A stretch of 64,000 bases of DNA, taken from the human T2T-CHM13v2.0 reference genome, Homo sapiens. A program made the translations under genes and the position numbers. Positions 1 through 12,077 of the stretch are shown here, piece after piece. The stretch is taken from assembly GCF_009914755.1 (NCBI RefSeq), contig NC_060928.1; one strand, written 5' to 3'. The notes beneath the pieces were generated by a model. It searched no databases. It was not told the DNA's origin and saw only the letters and a program-made list of their open reading frames with translations. Each line of letters opens with the position of its first letter. Position 1 is the stretch's first letter.

Positions 1-132
1 CGGAAGCATTCTCAGAAACTGCTTTGTGATGTTTCCATTCAAGTCACAGAGTTGAATATTCCCTTTTATAGAGCACGTTTGAAACACTCTTTCTGCACTA
101 TCTGGAAGTGGACATTTCGAGCGCTTTGAGGC

Positions 133-149
133 CTATGGTGAAAAAGGAA
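133..149 (+). promoter_or_regulatory. pJalpha-type motif of A-type monomers (representative, m19)
   Basis: CTATGGTGAAAAAGGAA sits at the position equivalent to the CENP-B box. The same or variant motif is in m2, m5, m7, m9, m12, m14, m16 and m19. Confidence 0.8.
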
Positions 150-177
150 ATATCTTCCCATAAAAATTAGACAGAAG

Positions 178-1194
178 CATTCTCAGAAACTTGTTTGTGA
201 TGTGTGTATTCAACTAACAGAGTTGAACTTTTGTTTTTACAGAGCCGTTTTAAAACACTCTTTTTGTGGAATCAGAAAGTGGATATTCGGATGGCTCTGA
301 GGATTTCGTTGGAAGCGGGATTACATATAAAATCTAGAGAGAAGCATTCTCAGGAACTTCTTTGTGATGTTTGCATTGAAGTCACAGAATTGAACATTCA
401 CTTTGATAGAGCAGGTTTGAAACACTCATTCTGTAGTATCTGGAAGTGGACATTTCAAGCGCTTTCAGGCCTATGGTGAAAAAGGAAATATCTTCGAATA
501 AAAACTAGACAGAAGCATCCTCAGAAACTTATTTGTGATGTGTGTCCTCAACTAACAGAGTTGAAACTTTGTTTTGATACAGCATTTTGGAAACACTCCT
601 TTTGTAGAATCTGCAGGTGGATATGTGGATAGCTCTGAAGATTTCGTTGGAAACGGGAATTTCTTCATATAAAATCAAACAGAAGCATTCTCAGAAACTT
701 CTCAGTGATGTTTGCATTCAGGCCATGGAGTTGAACACTTCCTTTCATAGAGCCGGTTTGAAACACTCTTTCTGCACTACCTGGAAGAGGCCATTTCGAG
801 CGCTTTGAGTCCTATGGTGAAAAAGGAAATATCTTCTCATAAAAACCAGAAAGAAGCATTCTCAGAAACTTCTTTGTGTTGTGTGTACTCATGTAACAGT
901 GTTGAACCATCCTTTTGACAGAGCAGTTTTGAAACACTCTTTTTGTAGAATCTGCAAGTGGATATTTGGATAGCTTTGAGGATTTCGTTGGAAACGGGAT
1001 GACATATAATATCTAGAGAGAAGCATTCTCAGGAACTTCTTTGTGCTGTTTGCATTCAAGTCACAGAATTGAACATTCCCTTTCATAGAGCAGATTTGAA
1101 ACACTCTTTCTCTAGTATCTGGAAGTGGGCATTTCAAGCGCTTTCAGGCCTATTGAGAGAAAGGAAATACCTTCAAATAAAAACTAGACAGAAG
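178..1194 (+). repeat. 6-mer HOR variant (1,017 bp): m1,m2,m3/m4 hybrid,m5,m6,m7
   Basis: m1-anchored ORF starts 204 and 1221 are 1,017 bp apart. m7 is followed by m1 rather than m8. Confidence 0.93.
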
Positions 1195-1320
1195 CATTCT
1201 CAGAAACTTGTTTGTGATGTGTGTATTCAACTAACAGAGTTGAACTTTTGTTTTTACAGAGCCGTTTTAAAACACTCTTTTTGTGGAATCAGAAAGTGGA
1301 TATTCGGATGGCTCTGAGGA

Positions 1321-1337
1321 TTTCGTTGGAAGCGGGA
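1321..1337 (+). promoter_or_regulatory. CENP-B box in m1 (representative; recurs in every HOR)
   Basis: TTTCGTTGGAAGCGGGA matches YTTCGTTGGAARCGGGA with an intact TTCG----A--CGGG core. In this HOR, intact cores also start at 2170 (m6), 2851 (m10), 3021 (m11), 3361 (m13), 3699 (m15) and 4041 (m17). m4 is normally intact too. Confidence 0.95.
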
Positions 1338-1658
1338 TTACATATAAAATCTAGAGAGAAGCATTCTCAGGAACTTCTTTGTGATGTTTGCATTGAAGTC
1401 ACAGAATTGAACATTCACTTTGATAGAGCAGGTTTGAAACACTCATTCTGTAGTATCTGGAAGTGGACATTTCAAGCGCTTTCAGGCCTATGGTGAGAAA
1501 GGAAATATCTTCGAATAAAAACTAGACAGAAGCATCCTCAGAAACTTATTTGTGATGTGTGTCCTCAACTAACAGAGTTGAAACTTTGTTTTGATACAGC
1601 ATTTTGGAAACACTCTTTTTGTAGAATCTGCAGGTGGATATTTGGATAGCTTAGAGGG

Positions 1659-1675
1659 ATTCGTTGGAAAGGGGA
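1659..1675 (+). promoter_or_regulatory. Degenerate CENP-B box in m3 (representative)
   Basis: ATTCGTTGGAAAGGGGA lacks the C of the CGGG core. Confidence 0.85.
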
Positions 1676-2507
1676 TATCTTCATATAAAATCTAGACAGA
1701 AGCATTCTCAGAAACTTATTTGTGATGTGTGTCCTCAACTAACAGAGTTGAACCTTGGTTTCAATACAGCATTTTGGAAACACTCCTTTTGTAGAATCTG
1801 CAGGTGGATATGTGGATAGCTCTGAAGATTTTGTTGGAAACGGGAATTTCTTCATATAAAATCAAACAGAAGCATTCTCAGAAACTTCTCAGTGATGTTT
1901 GCATTCAGCTCATGGAGTTGAACACTTCCTTTCATAGAGCCGGTTTGAAACACTCTTTCTGCAGTACCTGGAAGAGGACATTTCGAGCGCTTTGAGTCCT
2001 ATGGTGAAAAAGGAAATATCTTCTCATAAAAACCAGAAAGAAGCATTCTCAGAAACTTCTTTGTGTTGTGTGTACTCATGTAACAGTGTTGAACCATCCT
2101 TTTGACAGAGCAGTTTTGAAACACTCTTTTTGTAGAATCTGCAAGTGGATATTTGGATAGTTTTGAGGATTTCGTTGGAAACGGGATGACATATAATATC
2201 TAGAGAGAAGCATTCTCAGGAACTTCTTTGTGATGTTTGCATTCAAGTCACAGAATTGAACATTCCCTTTCATAGAGCAGGTTTGAAACACTCTTTCTCT
2301 AGTATCTGGAAGTGGGCATTTCAAGCGCTTTCAGGCCTATGGAGAGAAAGGAAATACCTTCAAATAAAAACTAGACAGAAGCATTCTCAGAAACTTATTT
2401 GTGATGTGTGTCCTCAACTAACAGAGTTGAACCTTTGTTTTGATACAGCATTTTGGAAACACTCCTTTTGTAGAATCTGCAGGTGGATATTTGGATAACT
2501 TTGAAGA

Positions 2508-2524
2508 TTTCGTTGGAAACCGGA
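2508..2524 (+). promoter_or_regulatory. Degenerate CENP-B box in m8 (representative)
   Basis: TTTCGTTGGAAACCGGA has CCGG in place of CGGG. Confidence 0.85.
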
Positions 2525-4210
2525 ATATCTTCATATAAAATCAAGACAGAAGCATTCTCGGAAACATCTCTGTGATGTTTGCATTCAACTTAGTAGAGTT
2601 GAACACTTCCTTTCATAGAGCAGGTTTGAAACACTCTTTCTGCACTACCTGGAAGCGGACATTTCGAGCGCTTTGAGGCCTATGGTGAAAAAGGAAATAT
2701 CTTCTCATAAAAACCAGAAAGAAGCATTCTCAGAAACTTCTTTGTGTTGTGTGTACTCAAGTAACAGTGTTGAACCTTCCTTTTGACACAGCAGTTTTGA
2801 AACACTCTTTTGGTAGAATCTGCAAGTGGATATTTGGATAGCTTTGAGGATTTCGTTGGAAACGGGTTATCTTCATGTAAAATCCAGACAGGAGCATTCT
2901 CAGAAACTTCTTTGTGCTGCATGTCCTCAATTCACAGAGCTGAACCTTTGTTTGGATACAGCATTTTGGAAACATTCCTTTAGTAGAATCTGCAAGTTGA
3001 TATTTAGATAGCTTTGAAGATTTCGTTGGAAACGGGAATATCTTCATAGAAAATCTAGACGGAAGCATTCTCAGAAACTGCTTTGTGATGTTTGCATTCA
3101 AGTCACAGAGTTGAATATTCCCTTTTATAGAGTAGGTTTGAAACACTCTTTCGGCACTACCTGGAAGTGGATATTTCGAGCTCTTTGAGGCCTATGGTTA
3201 AAAGGAAATATCTTCCCATAAAAACTAGACAGAAGCCGTCTCAGAAACTTGTTTGTGATGTGTGTATTCAACTAACAGAGTTGAACATTTCTGTTACAGA
3301 GCAATTTTAAAACACTCTTTTTGTGGAATCTGAAAGTGGATAATTGGATAGCTTTGTGGATTTCGTTGGAAACGGGATGACGTATAAAATCTAGAGAGAA
3401 GCATTCTCAGGAACTTCTTTGTGATGTTTGCATTCAAGTCACAGAATTGAACATTCCTTTTCATAGTGCAGGTTTGAAACACTCTTTCTGTAGTATCTGG
3501 AAGTGGACATTTCAAGCGCTTTCAGGCCTACGGGGAGAAAGGAAATATCTTCAAATAAAAACTAGACAGAAGGATTCTCAGAAACTTATTTGTGATGTGT
3601 GTCCTAAACGAACACAGTTGAACCTTTGTTTAGATACAGCATTTTGGAAACACTCCTTTTGTAGGATCTGCAGGTGGATATTTGGATAGATTTTAAGATT
3701 TCGTTGGAAACGGGAGTTTCTTCATAGAAACTCAAGACAGATGCATTCTCAGAAACATCTCTGTGATGTTTGCATTCCACTCATAGAGTTGAAAACTTCC
3801 TTTCATAGAGCAGGTTTGAAACACTCTTTTTGTAATATTTGGAAGTGGACATTTGCAGCGCTTTGAGGCCTATGGTGAAAAAGGAAATATCTTCTCATAA
3901 AAACCAGAAACAAGCATTCTCAGAAACTTCTTTTTGATGTGTGTACTCAAGTAACAGAGTTGAACCTTCCTTTTGACACAGCAGTTTTGAAACAATCTTT
4001 TTGTAGAATCTGCAAGTGGATATTTGGATAGCTTTGAGGATTTCGTTGGAAACGGGATATCTTCATATAAAATCTAGACAGAAGCATTCTCAGAAACTTC
4101 TTTGTGCTGTATGTCCTCAATTAACAGAGTTGAACCATTGCTTGGATACAGCATTTTGGAAACATTCCTTGAGTAGAATCTGCAAGTTGATATTTAGATA
4201 GATTTGAAGA

Positions 4211-4227
4211 TTTCGTTGGAAAAGGGA
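4211..4227 (+). promoter_or_regulatory. Degenerate CENP-B box in m18 (representative)
   Basis: TTTCGTTGGAAAAGGGA has AGGG in place of CGGG. Confidence 0.85.
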
Positions 4228-4426
4228 ATATCTCCATATAAAATCTAGAGGGAAGCATTCTCAGAAACTGCTTTGTGATGTTTCCATTCAAGTCACAGAG
4301 TTGAATATTCCCTTTTATAGAGCACGTTTGAAACACTCTTTCTGCACTATCTGGAAGTGGACATTTCGAGCGCTTTGAGGCCTATGGTGAAAAAGGAAAT
4401 ATCTTCCCATAAAAACTAGACAGAAG

Positions 4427-5613
4427 CATTCTCAGAAACTTGTTTGTGATGTGTGTATTCAACTAACAGAGTTGAACTTTTGTTTTTACAGAGCCGTTTT
4501 AAAACACTCTTTTTGTGGAATCAGAAAGTGGATATTCGGATGGCTCTGAGGATTTCGTTGGAAGCGGGATTACGTATAAAATCTAGAGAGAAGCATTCTC
4601 AGGAACTTCTTTGTGATGTTTGCATTGAAGTCACAGAATTGAACATTCACTTTGATAGAGCAGGTTTGAAACACTCATTCTGTAGTATCTGGAAGTGGAC
4701 ATTTCAAGCGCTTTCAGGCCTATGGTGAGAAAGGAAATATCTTCGAATAAAAACTAGACAGAAGCATCCTCAGAAACTTATTTGTGATGTGTGTCCTCAA
4801 CTAACAGAGTTGAAACTTTGTTTTGATACAGCATTTTGGAAACACTCTTTTTGTAGAATCTGCAGGTGGATATTTGGATAGCTTAGAGGGATTCGTTGGA
4901 AAGGGGATATCTTCATATAAAATCTAGACAGAAGCATTCTCAGAAACTTATTTGTGATGTGTGTCCTCAACTAACAGAGTTGAACCTTGGTTTTCATACA
5001 GCATTTTGGAAACGCTCCTTTTGTAGAATCTGCAGGTGGATATGTGGATAGCTCTGAAGATTTCGTTGGAAACGGGAATTTCTTCATATAAAATCAAACA
5101 GAAGCATTCTCAGAAACTTCTCAGTGATGTTTGCATTCAGCTCATGGAGTTGAACACTTCCTTTCATAGAGCCGGTTTGAAACACTCTTTCTGCACTACC
5201 TGGAAGAGGCCATTTCGAGCGCTTTGAGTCCTATGGTGAAAAAGGAAATATCTTCTCATAAAAACCAGAAAGAAGCATTCTCAGAAACTTCTTTGTGTTG
5301 TGTGTACTCATGTAACAGTGTTGAACCATCCTTTTGACAGAGCAGTTTTGAAACACTCTTTTTGTAGAATCTGCAAGTGGATATTTGGATAGCTTTGAGG
5401 ATTTCGTTGGAAACGGGATGACATATAATATCTAGAGAGAAGCATTCTCAGGAACTTCTTTGTGCTGTTTGCATTCAAGTCACAGAATTGAACATTCCCT
5501 TTCATAGAGCAGATTTGAAACACTCTTTCTCTAGTATCTGGAAGTGGGCATTTCAAGCGCTTTCAGGCCTATTGAGAGAAAGGAAATACCTTCAAATAAA
5601 AACTAGACAGAAG
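4427..5613 (+). repeat. 7-mer HOR variant (1,187 bp): m1-m7, then back to m1
   Basis: ORF starts 4453 and 5640 are 1,187 bp apart. m3 and m4 are intact; m5 and m7 carry 6-mer-type SNPs. Confidence 0.93.
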
Positions 5614-8600
5614 CATTCTCAGAAACTTGTTTGTGATGTGTGTATTCAACTAACAGAGTTGAACTTTTGTTTTTACAGAGCCGTTTTAAAACACTCTTTT
5701 TGTGGAATCAGAAAGTGGATATTCGGATGGCTCTGAGGATTTCGTTGGAAGCGGGATTACATATAAAATCTAGAGAGAAGCATTCTCAGGAACTTCTTTG
5801 TGATGTTTGCATTGAAGTCACAGAATTGAACATTCACTTTGATAGAGCAGGTTTGAAACACTCATTCTGTAGTATCTGGAAGTGGACATTTCAAGCGCTT
5901 TCAGGCCTATGGTGAGAAAGGAAATATCTTCGAATAAAAACTAGACAGAAGCATCCTCAGAAACTTATTTGTGATGTGTGTCCTCAACTAACAGAGTTGA
6001 AACTTTGTTTTGATACAGCATTTTGGAAACACTCTTTTTGTAGAATCTGCAGGTGGATATTTGGATAGCTTAGAGGGATTCGTTGGAAAGGGGATATCTT
6101 CATATAAAATCTAGACAGAAGCATTCTCAGAAACTTATTTGTGATGTGTGTCCTCAACTAACAGAGTTGAACCTTGGTTTTGATACAGCATTTTGGAAAC
6201 ACTCCTTTTGTAGAATCTGCAGGTGGATATGTGGATAGCTCTGAAGATTTCGTTGGAAACGGGAATTTCTTCATATAAAATCAAACAGAAGCATTCTCAG
6301 AAACTTCTCAGTGATGTTTGCATTCAGCTCATGGAGTTGAACACTTCCTTTCATAGAGCCGGTTTGAAACACTCTTTCTGCACTACCTGGAAGAGGACAT
6401 TTCGAGCGCTTTGAGTCCTATGGTGAAAAAGGAAATATCTTCTCATAAAAACCAGAAAGAAGCATTCTCAGAAACTTCTTTGTGTTGTGTGTACTCATGT
6501 AACAGTGTTGAACCATCCTTTTGACAGAGCAGTTTTGAAACACTCTTTTTGTAGAATCTGCAAGTGGATATTTGGATAGCTTTGAGGATTTCGTTGGAAA
6601 CGGGATGACATATAATATCTAGAGAGAAGCATTCTCAGGAACTTCTTTGTGATGTTTGCATTCAAGTCACAGAATTGAACATTCCCTTTCATAGAGCAGG
6701 TTTGAAACACTCTTTCTCTAGTATCTGGAAGTGGGCATTTCAAGCGCTTTCAGGCCTATGGAGAGAAAGGAAATACCTTCAAATAAAAACTAGACAGAAG
6801 CATTCTCAGAAACTTATTTGTGATGTGTGTCCTCAACTAACAGAGTTGAACCTTTGTTTTGATACAGCATTTTGGAAACACTCCTTTTGTAGAATCTGCA
6901 GGTGGATATTTGGATAACTTTGAAGATTTCGTTGGAAACCGGAATATCTTCATATAAAATCAAGACAGAAGCATTCTCGGAAACATCTCTGTGATGTTTG
7001 CATTCAACTCAGTAGAGTTGAACACTTCCTTTCATAGAGCCGGTTTGAAACACTCTTTCTGCACTACCTGGAAGCGGACATTTCGAGCGCTTTGAGGCCT
7101 ATGGTGAAAAAGGAAATATCTTCTCATAAAAACCAGAAAGAAGCATTCTCAGAAACTTCTTTGTGTTGTGTGTACTCAAGTAACAGTGTTGAACCTTCCT
7201 TTTGACACAGCAGTTTTGAAACACTCTTTTGGTAGAATCTGCAAGTGGATATTTGGATAGCTTTGAGGATTTCGTTGGAAACGGGTTATCTTCATGTAAA
7301 ATCCAGACAGGAGCATTCTCAGAAACTTCTTTGTGCTGCATGTCCTCAATTCACAGAGCTGAACCTTTGTTTGGATACAGCATTTTGGAAACATTCCTTT
7401 AGTAGAATCTGCAAGTTGATATTTAGATAGCTTTGAAGATTTCGTTGGAAACGGGAATATCTTCATAGAAAATCTAGACGGAAGCATTCTCAGAAACTGC
7501 TTTGTGATGTTTGCATTCAAGTCACAGAGTTGAATATTCCCTTTTATAGAGTAGGTTTGAAACACTCTTTCGGCACTACCTGGAAGTGGATATTTCGAGC
7601 TCTTTGAGGCCTATGGTTAAAAGGAAATATCTTCCCATAAAAACTAGACAGAAGCCGTCTCAGAAACTTGTTTGTGATGTGTGTATTCAACTAACAGAGT
7701 TGAACATTTCTGTTACAGAGCAATTTTAAAACACTCTTTTTGTGGAATCTGAAAGTGGATAATTGGATAGCTTTGTGGATTTCGTTGGAAACGGGATGAC
7801 GTATAAAATCTAGAGAGAAGCATTCTCAGGAACTTCTTTGTGATGTTTGCATTCAAGTCACAGAATTGAACATTCCTTTTCATAGTGCAGGTTTGAAACA
7901 CTCTTTCTGTAGTATCTGGAAGTGGACATTTCAAGCGCTTTCAGGCCTACGGGGAGAAAGGAAATATCTTCAAATAAAAACTAGACAGAAGGATTCTCAG
8001 AAACTTATTTGTGATGTGTGTCCTAAACGAACACAGTTGAACCTTTGTTTTGATACAGCATTTTGGAAACACTCCTTTTGTAGGATCTGCAGGTGGATAT
8101 TTGGATAGATTTTAAGATTTCGTTGGAAACGGGAGTTTCTTCATAGAAACTCAAGACAGATGCATTCTCAGAAACATCTCTGTGATGTTTGCATTCCACT
8201 CATAGAGTTGAAAACTTCCTTTCATAGAGCAGGTTTGAAACACTCTTTTTGTAATATTTGGAAGTGGACATTTGCAGCGCTTTGAGGCCTATGGTGAAAA
8301 AGGAAATATCTTCTCATAAAAACCAGAAACAAGCATTCTCAGAAACTTCTTTTTGATGTGTGTACTCAAGTAACAGAGTTGAACCTTCCTTTTGACACAG
8401 CAGTTTTGAAACAATCTTTTTGTAGAATCTGCAAGTGGATATTTGGATAGCTTTGAGGATTTCGTTGGAAACGGGATATCTTCATATAAAATCTAGACAG
8501 AAGCATTCTCAGAAACTTCTTTGTGCTGTATGTCCTCAATTAACAGAGTTGAACCATTGCTTGGATACAGCATTTTGGAAACATTCCTTGAGTAGAATCT

Positions 8601-11600
8601 GCAAGTTGATATTTAGATAGATTTGAAGATTTCGTTGGAAAAGGGAATATCTCCATAGAAAATCTAGAGGGAAGCATTCTCAGAAACTGCTTTGTGATGT
8701 TTCCATTCAAGTCACAGAGTTGAATATTCCCTTTTATAGAGCACGTTTGAAACACTCTTTCTGCACTATCTGGAAGTGGACATTTCGAGCGCTTTGAGGC
8801 CTATGGTGAAAAAGGAAATATCTTCCCATAAAAACTAGACAGAAGCATTCTCAGAAACTTGTTTGTGATGTGTGTATTCAACTAACAGAGTTGAACTTTT
8901 GTTTTTACAGAGCCGTTTTAAAACACTCTTTTTGTGGAATCAGAAAGTGGATATTCGGATGGCTCTGAGGATTTCGTTGGAAGCGGGATTACATATAAAA
9001 TCTAGAGAGAAGCATTCTCAGGAACTTCTTTGTGATGTTTGCATTGAAGTCACAGAATTGAACATTCACTTTGATAGAGCAGGTTTGAAACACTCATTCT
9101 GTAGTATCTGGAAGTGGACATTTCAAGCGCTTTCAGGCCTATGGTGAGAAAGGAAATATCTTCGAATAAAAACTAGACAGAAGCATCCTCAGAAACTTAT
9201 TTGTGATGTGTGTCCTCAACTAACAGAGTTGAAACTTTGTTTTGATACAGCATTTTGGAAACACTCTTTTTGTAGAATCTGCAGGTGGATATTTGGATAG
9301 CTTAGAGGGATTCGTTGGAAAGGGGATATCTTCATATAAAATCTAGACAGAAGCATTCTCAGAAACTTATTTGTGATGTGTGTCCTCAACTAACAGAGTT
9401 GAACCTTGGTTTTGATACAGCATTTTGGAAACGCTCCTTTTGTAGAATCTGCAGGTGGATATGTGGATAGCTCTGAAGATTTCGTTGGAAACGGGAATTT
9501 CTTCATATAAAATCAAACAGAAGCATTCTCAGAAACTTCTCAGTGATGTTTGCATTCAGCTCATGGAGTTGAACACTTCCTTTCATAGAGCCGGTTTGAA
9601 ACACTCTTTCTGCACTACCTGGAAGAGGACATTTCGAGCGCTTTGAGTCCTATGGTGAAAAAGGAAATATCTTCTCATAAAAACCAGAAAGAAGCATTCT
9701 CAGAAACTTCTTTGTGTTGTGTGTACTCATGTAACAGTGTTGAACCATCCTTTTGACAGAGCAGTTTTGAAACACTCTTTTTGTAGAATCTGCAAGTGGA
9801 TATTTGGATAGCTTTGAGGATTTCGTTGGAAACGGGATGACATATAATATCTAGAGAGAAGCATTCTCAGGAACTTCTTTGTGATGTTTGCATTCAAGTC
9901 ACAGAATTGAACATTCCCTTTCATAGAGCAGGTTTGAAACACTCTTTCTCTAGTATCTGGAAGTGGGCATTTCAAGCGCTTTCAGGCCTATGGAGAGAAA
10001 GGAAATACCTTCAAATAAAAACTAGACAGAAGCATTCTCAGAAACTTATTTGTGATGTGTGTCCTCAACTAACAGAGTTGAACCTTTGTTTTGATACAGC
10101 ATTTTGGAAACACTCCTTTTGTAGAATCTGCAGGTGGATATTTGGATAACTTTGAAGATTTCGTTGGAAACCGGAATATCTTCATATAAAATCAAGACAG
10201 AAGCATTCTCGGAAACATCTCTGTGATGTTTGCATTCAACTCAGTAGAGTTGAACACTTCCTTTCATAGAGCAGGTTTGAAACACTCTTTCTGCACTACC
10301 TGGAAGCGGACATTTCGAGCGCTTTGAGGCCTATGGTGAAAAAGGAAATATCTTCTCATAAAAACCAGAAAGAAGCATTCTCAGAAACTTCTTTGTGTTG
10401 TGTGTACTCAAGTAACAGTGTTGAACCTTCCTTTTGACACAGCAGTTTTGAAACACTCTTTTGGTAGAATCTGCAAGTGGATATTTGGATAGCTTTGAGG
10501 ATTTCGTTGGAAACGGGTTATCTTCATATAAAATCCAGACAGGAGCATTCTCAGAAACTTCTTTGTGCTGCATGTCCTCAATTCACAGAGCTGAACCTTT
10601 GTTTGGATACAGCATTTTGGAAACATTCCTTTAGTAGAATCTGCAAGTTGATATTTAGATAGCTTTGAAGATTTCGTTGGAAACGGGAATATCTTCATAG
10701 AAAATCTAGACGGAAGCATTCTCAGAAACTGCTTTGTGATGTTTGCATTCAAGTCACAGAGTTGAATATTCCCTTTTATAGAGTAGGTTTGAAACACTCT
10801 TTCGGCACTACCTGGAAGTGGATATTTCGAGCTCTTTGAGGCCTATGGTTAAAAGGAAATATCTTCCCATAAAAACTAGACAGAAGCCGTCTCAGAAACT
10901 TGTTTGTGATGTGTGTATTCAACTACCAGAGTTGAACATTTCTGTTACAGAGCAATTTTAAAACACTCTTTTTGTGGAATCTGAAAGTGGATAATTGGAT
11001 AGCTTTGTGGATTTCGTTGGAAACGGGATGACGTATAAAATCTAGAGAGAAGCATTCTCAGGAACTTCTTTGTGATGTTTGCATTCAAGTCACAGAATTG
11101 AACATTCCTTTTCATAGTGCAGGTTTGAAACACTCTTTCTGTAGTATCTGGAAGTGGACATTTCAAGCGCTTTCAGGCCTACGGGGAGAAAGGAAATATC
11201 TTCAAATAAAAACTAGACAGAAGGATTCTCAGAAACTTATTTGTGATGTGTGTCCTAAACGAACACAGTTGAACCTTTGTTTAGATACAGCATTTTGGAA
11301 ACACTCCTTTTGTAGGATCTGCAGGTGGATATTTGGATAGATTTTAAGATTTCGTTGGAAACGGGAGTTTCTTCATAGAAACTCAAGACAGATGCATTCT
11401 CAGAAACATCTCTGTGATGTTTGCATTCCACTCATAGAGTTGAAAACTTCCTTTCATAGAGCAGGTTTGAAACACTCTTTTTGTAATATTTGGAAGTGGA
11501 CATTTGCAGCGCTTTGAGGCCTATGGTGAAAAAGGAAATATCTTCTCATAAAAACCAGAAACAAGCATTCTCAGAAACTTCTTTTTGATGTGTGTACTCA

Positions 11601-12077
11601 AGTAACAGAGTTGAAACTTCCTTTTGACACAGCAGTTTTGAAACAATCTTTTTGTAGAATCTGCAAGTGGATATTTGGATAGCTTTGAGGATTTCGTTGG
11701 AAACGGGATATCTTCATATAAAATCTAGACAGAAGCATTCTCAGAAACTTCTTTGTGCTGTATGTCCTCAATTAACAGAGTTGAACCATTGCTTGGATAC
11801 AGCATTTTGGAAACATTCCTTGAGTAGAATCTGCAAGTTGATATTTAGATAGATTTGAAGATTTCGTTGGAAAAGGGAATATCTCCATATAAAATCTAGA
11901 CGGAAGCATTCTCAGAAACTGCTTTGTGATGTTTCCATTCAAGTCACAGAGTTGAATATTCCCTTTTATAGAGCACGTTTGAAACACTCTTTCTGCACTA
12001 TCTGGAAGTGGACATTTCGAGCGCTTTGAGGCCTATGGTGAAAAAGGAAATATCTTCCCATAAAAATTAGACAGAAG
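5614..12077 (+). repeat. Two canonical 19-mer HORs (start 5614, 8846)
   Basis: m1 anchors at 3,232-bp spacing (5640, 8872, 12104). Confidence 0.94.

Larger units (their letters stand above)
1195..4426 (+). repeat. Canonical 19-mer HOR (reference copy for monomer numbering)
   Basis: Monomer starts 1195,1362,1533,1703,1873,2044,2211,2382,2553,2725,2895,3066,3236,3402,3573,3744,3915,4085,4256; lengths sum to 3,232. Type order B A b B A B A b A B B A B A B A B b A (b = degenerate box). Confidence 0.95.

Noticed and set aside
1340-1350. TATA-like CATATAAAA after the CENP-B boxes
   Set aside because: It is part of the standard monomer consensus, and the sequence gives no evidence of promoter function.
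2757-3146. Longest ORF (129 aa, minus strand) with an internal 57-aa repeat
   Set aside because: The repeat is just 171/3 codons of monomer periodicity. It is truncated to 114 aa in two copies by one SNP.
3178-3183. Single SacI site (GAGCTC) per m12, and frequent XbaI (TCTAGA) and AGCGCT palindromes
   Set aside because: These are ordinary monomer-level features, useful only as an assay (predicted SacI fragments 3,062, 3,232, 3,233, 4,249 and 4,419 bp).
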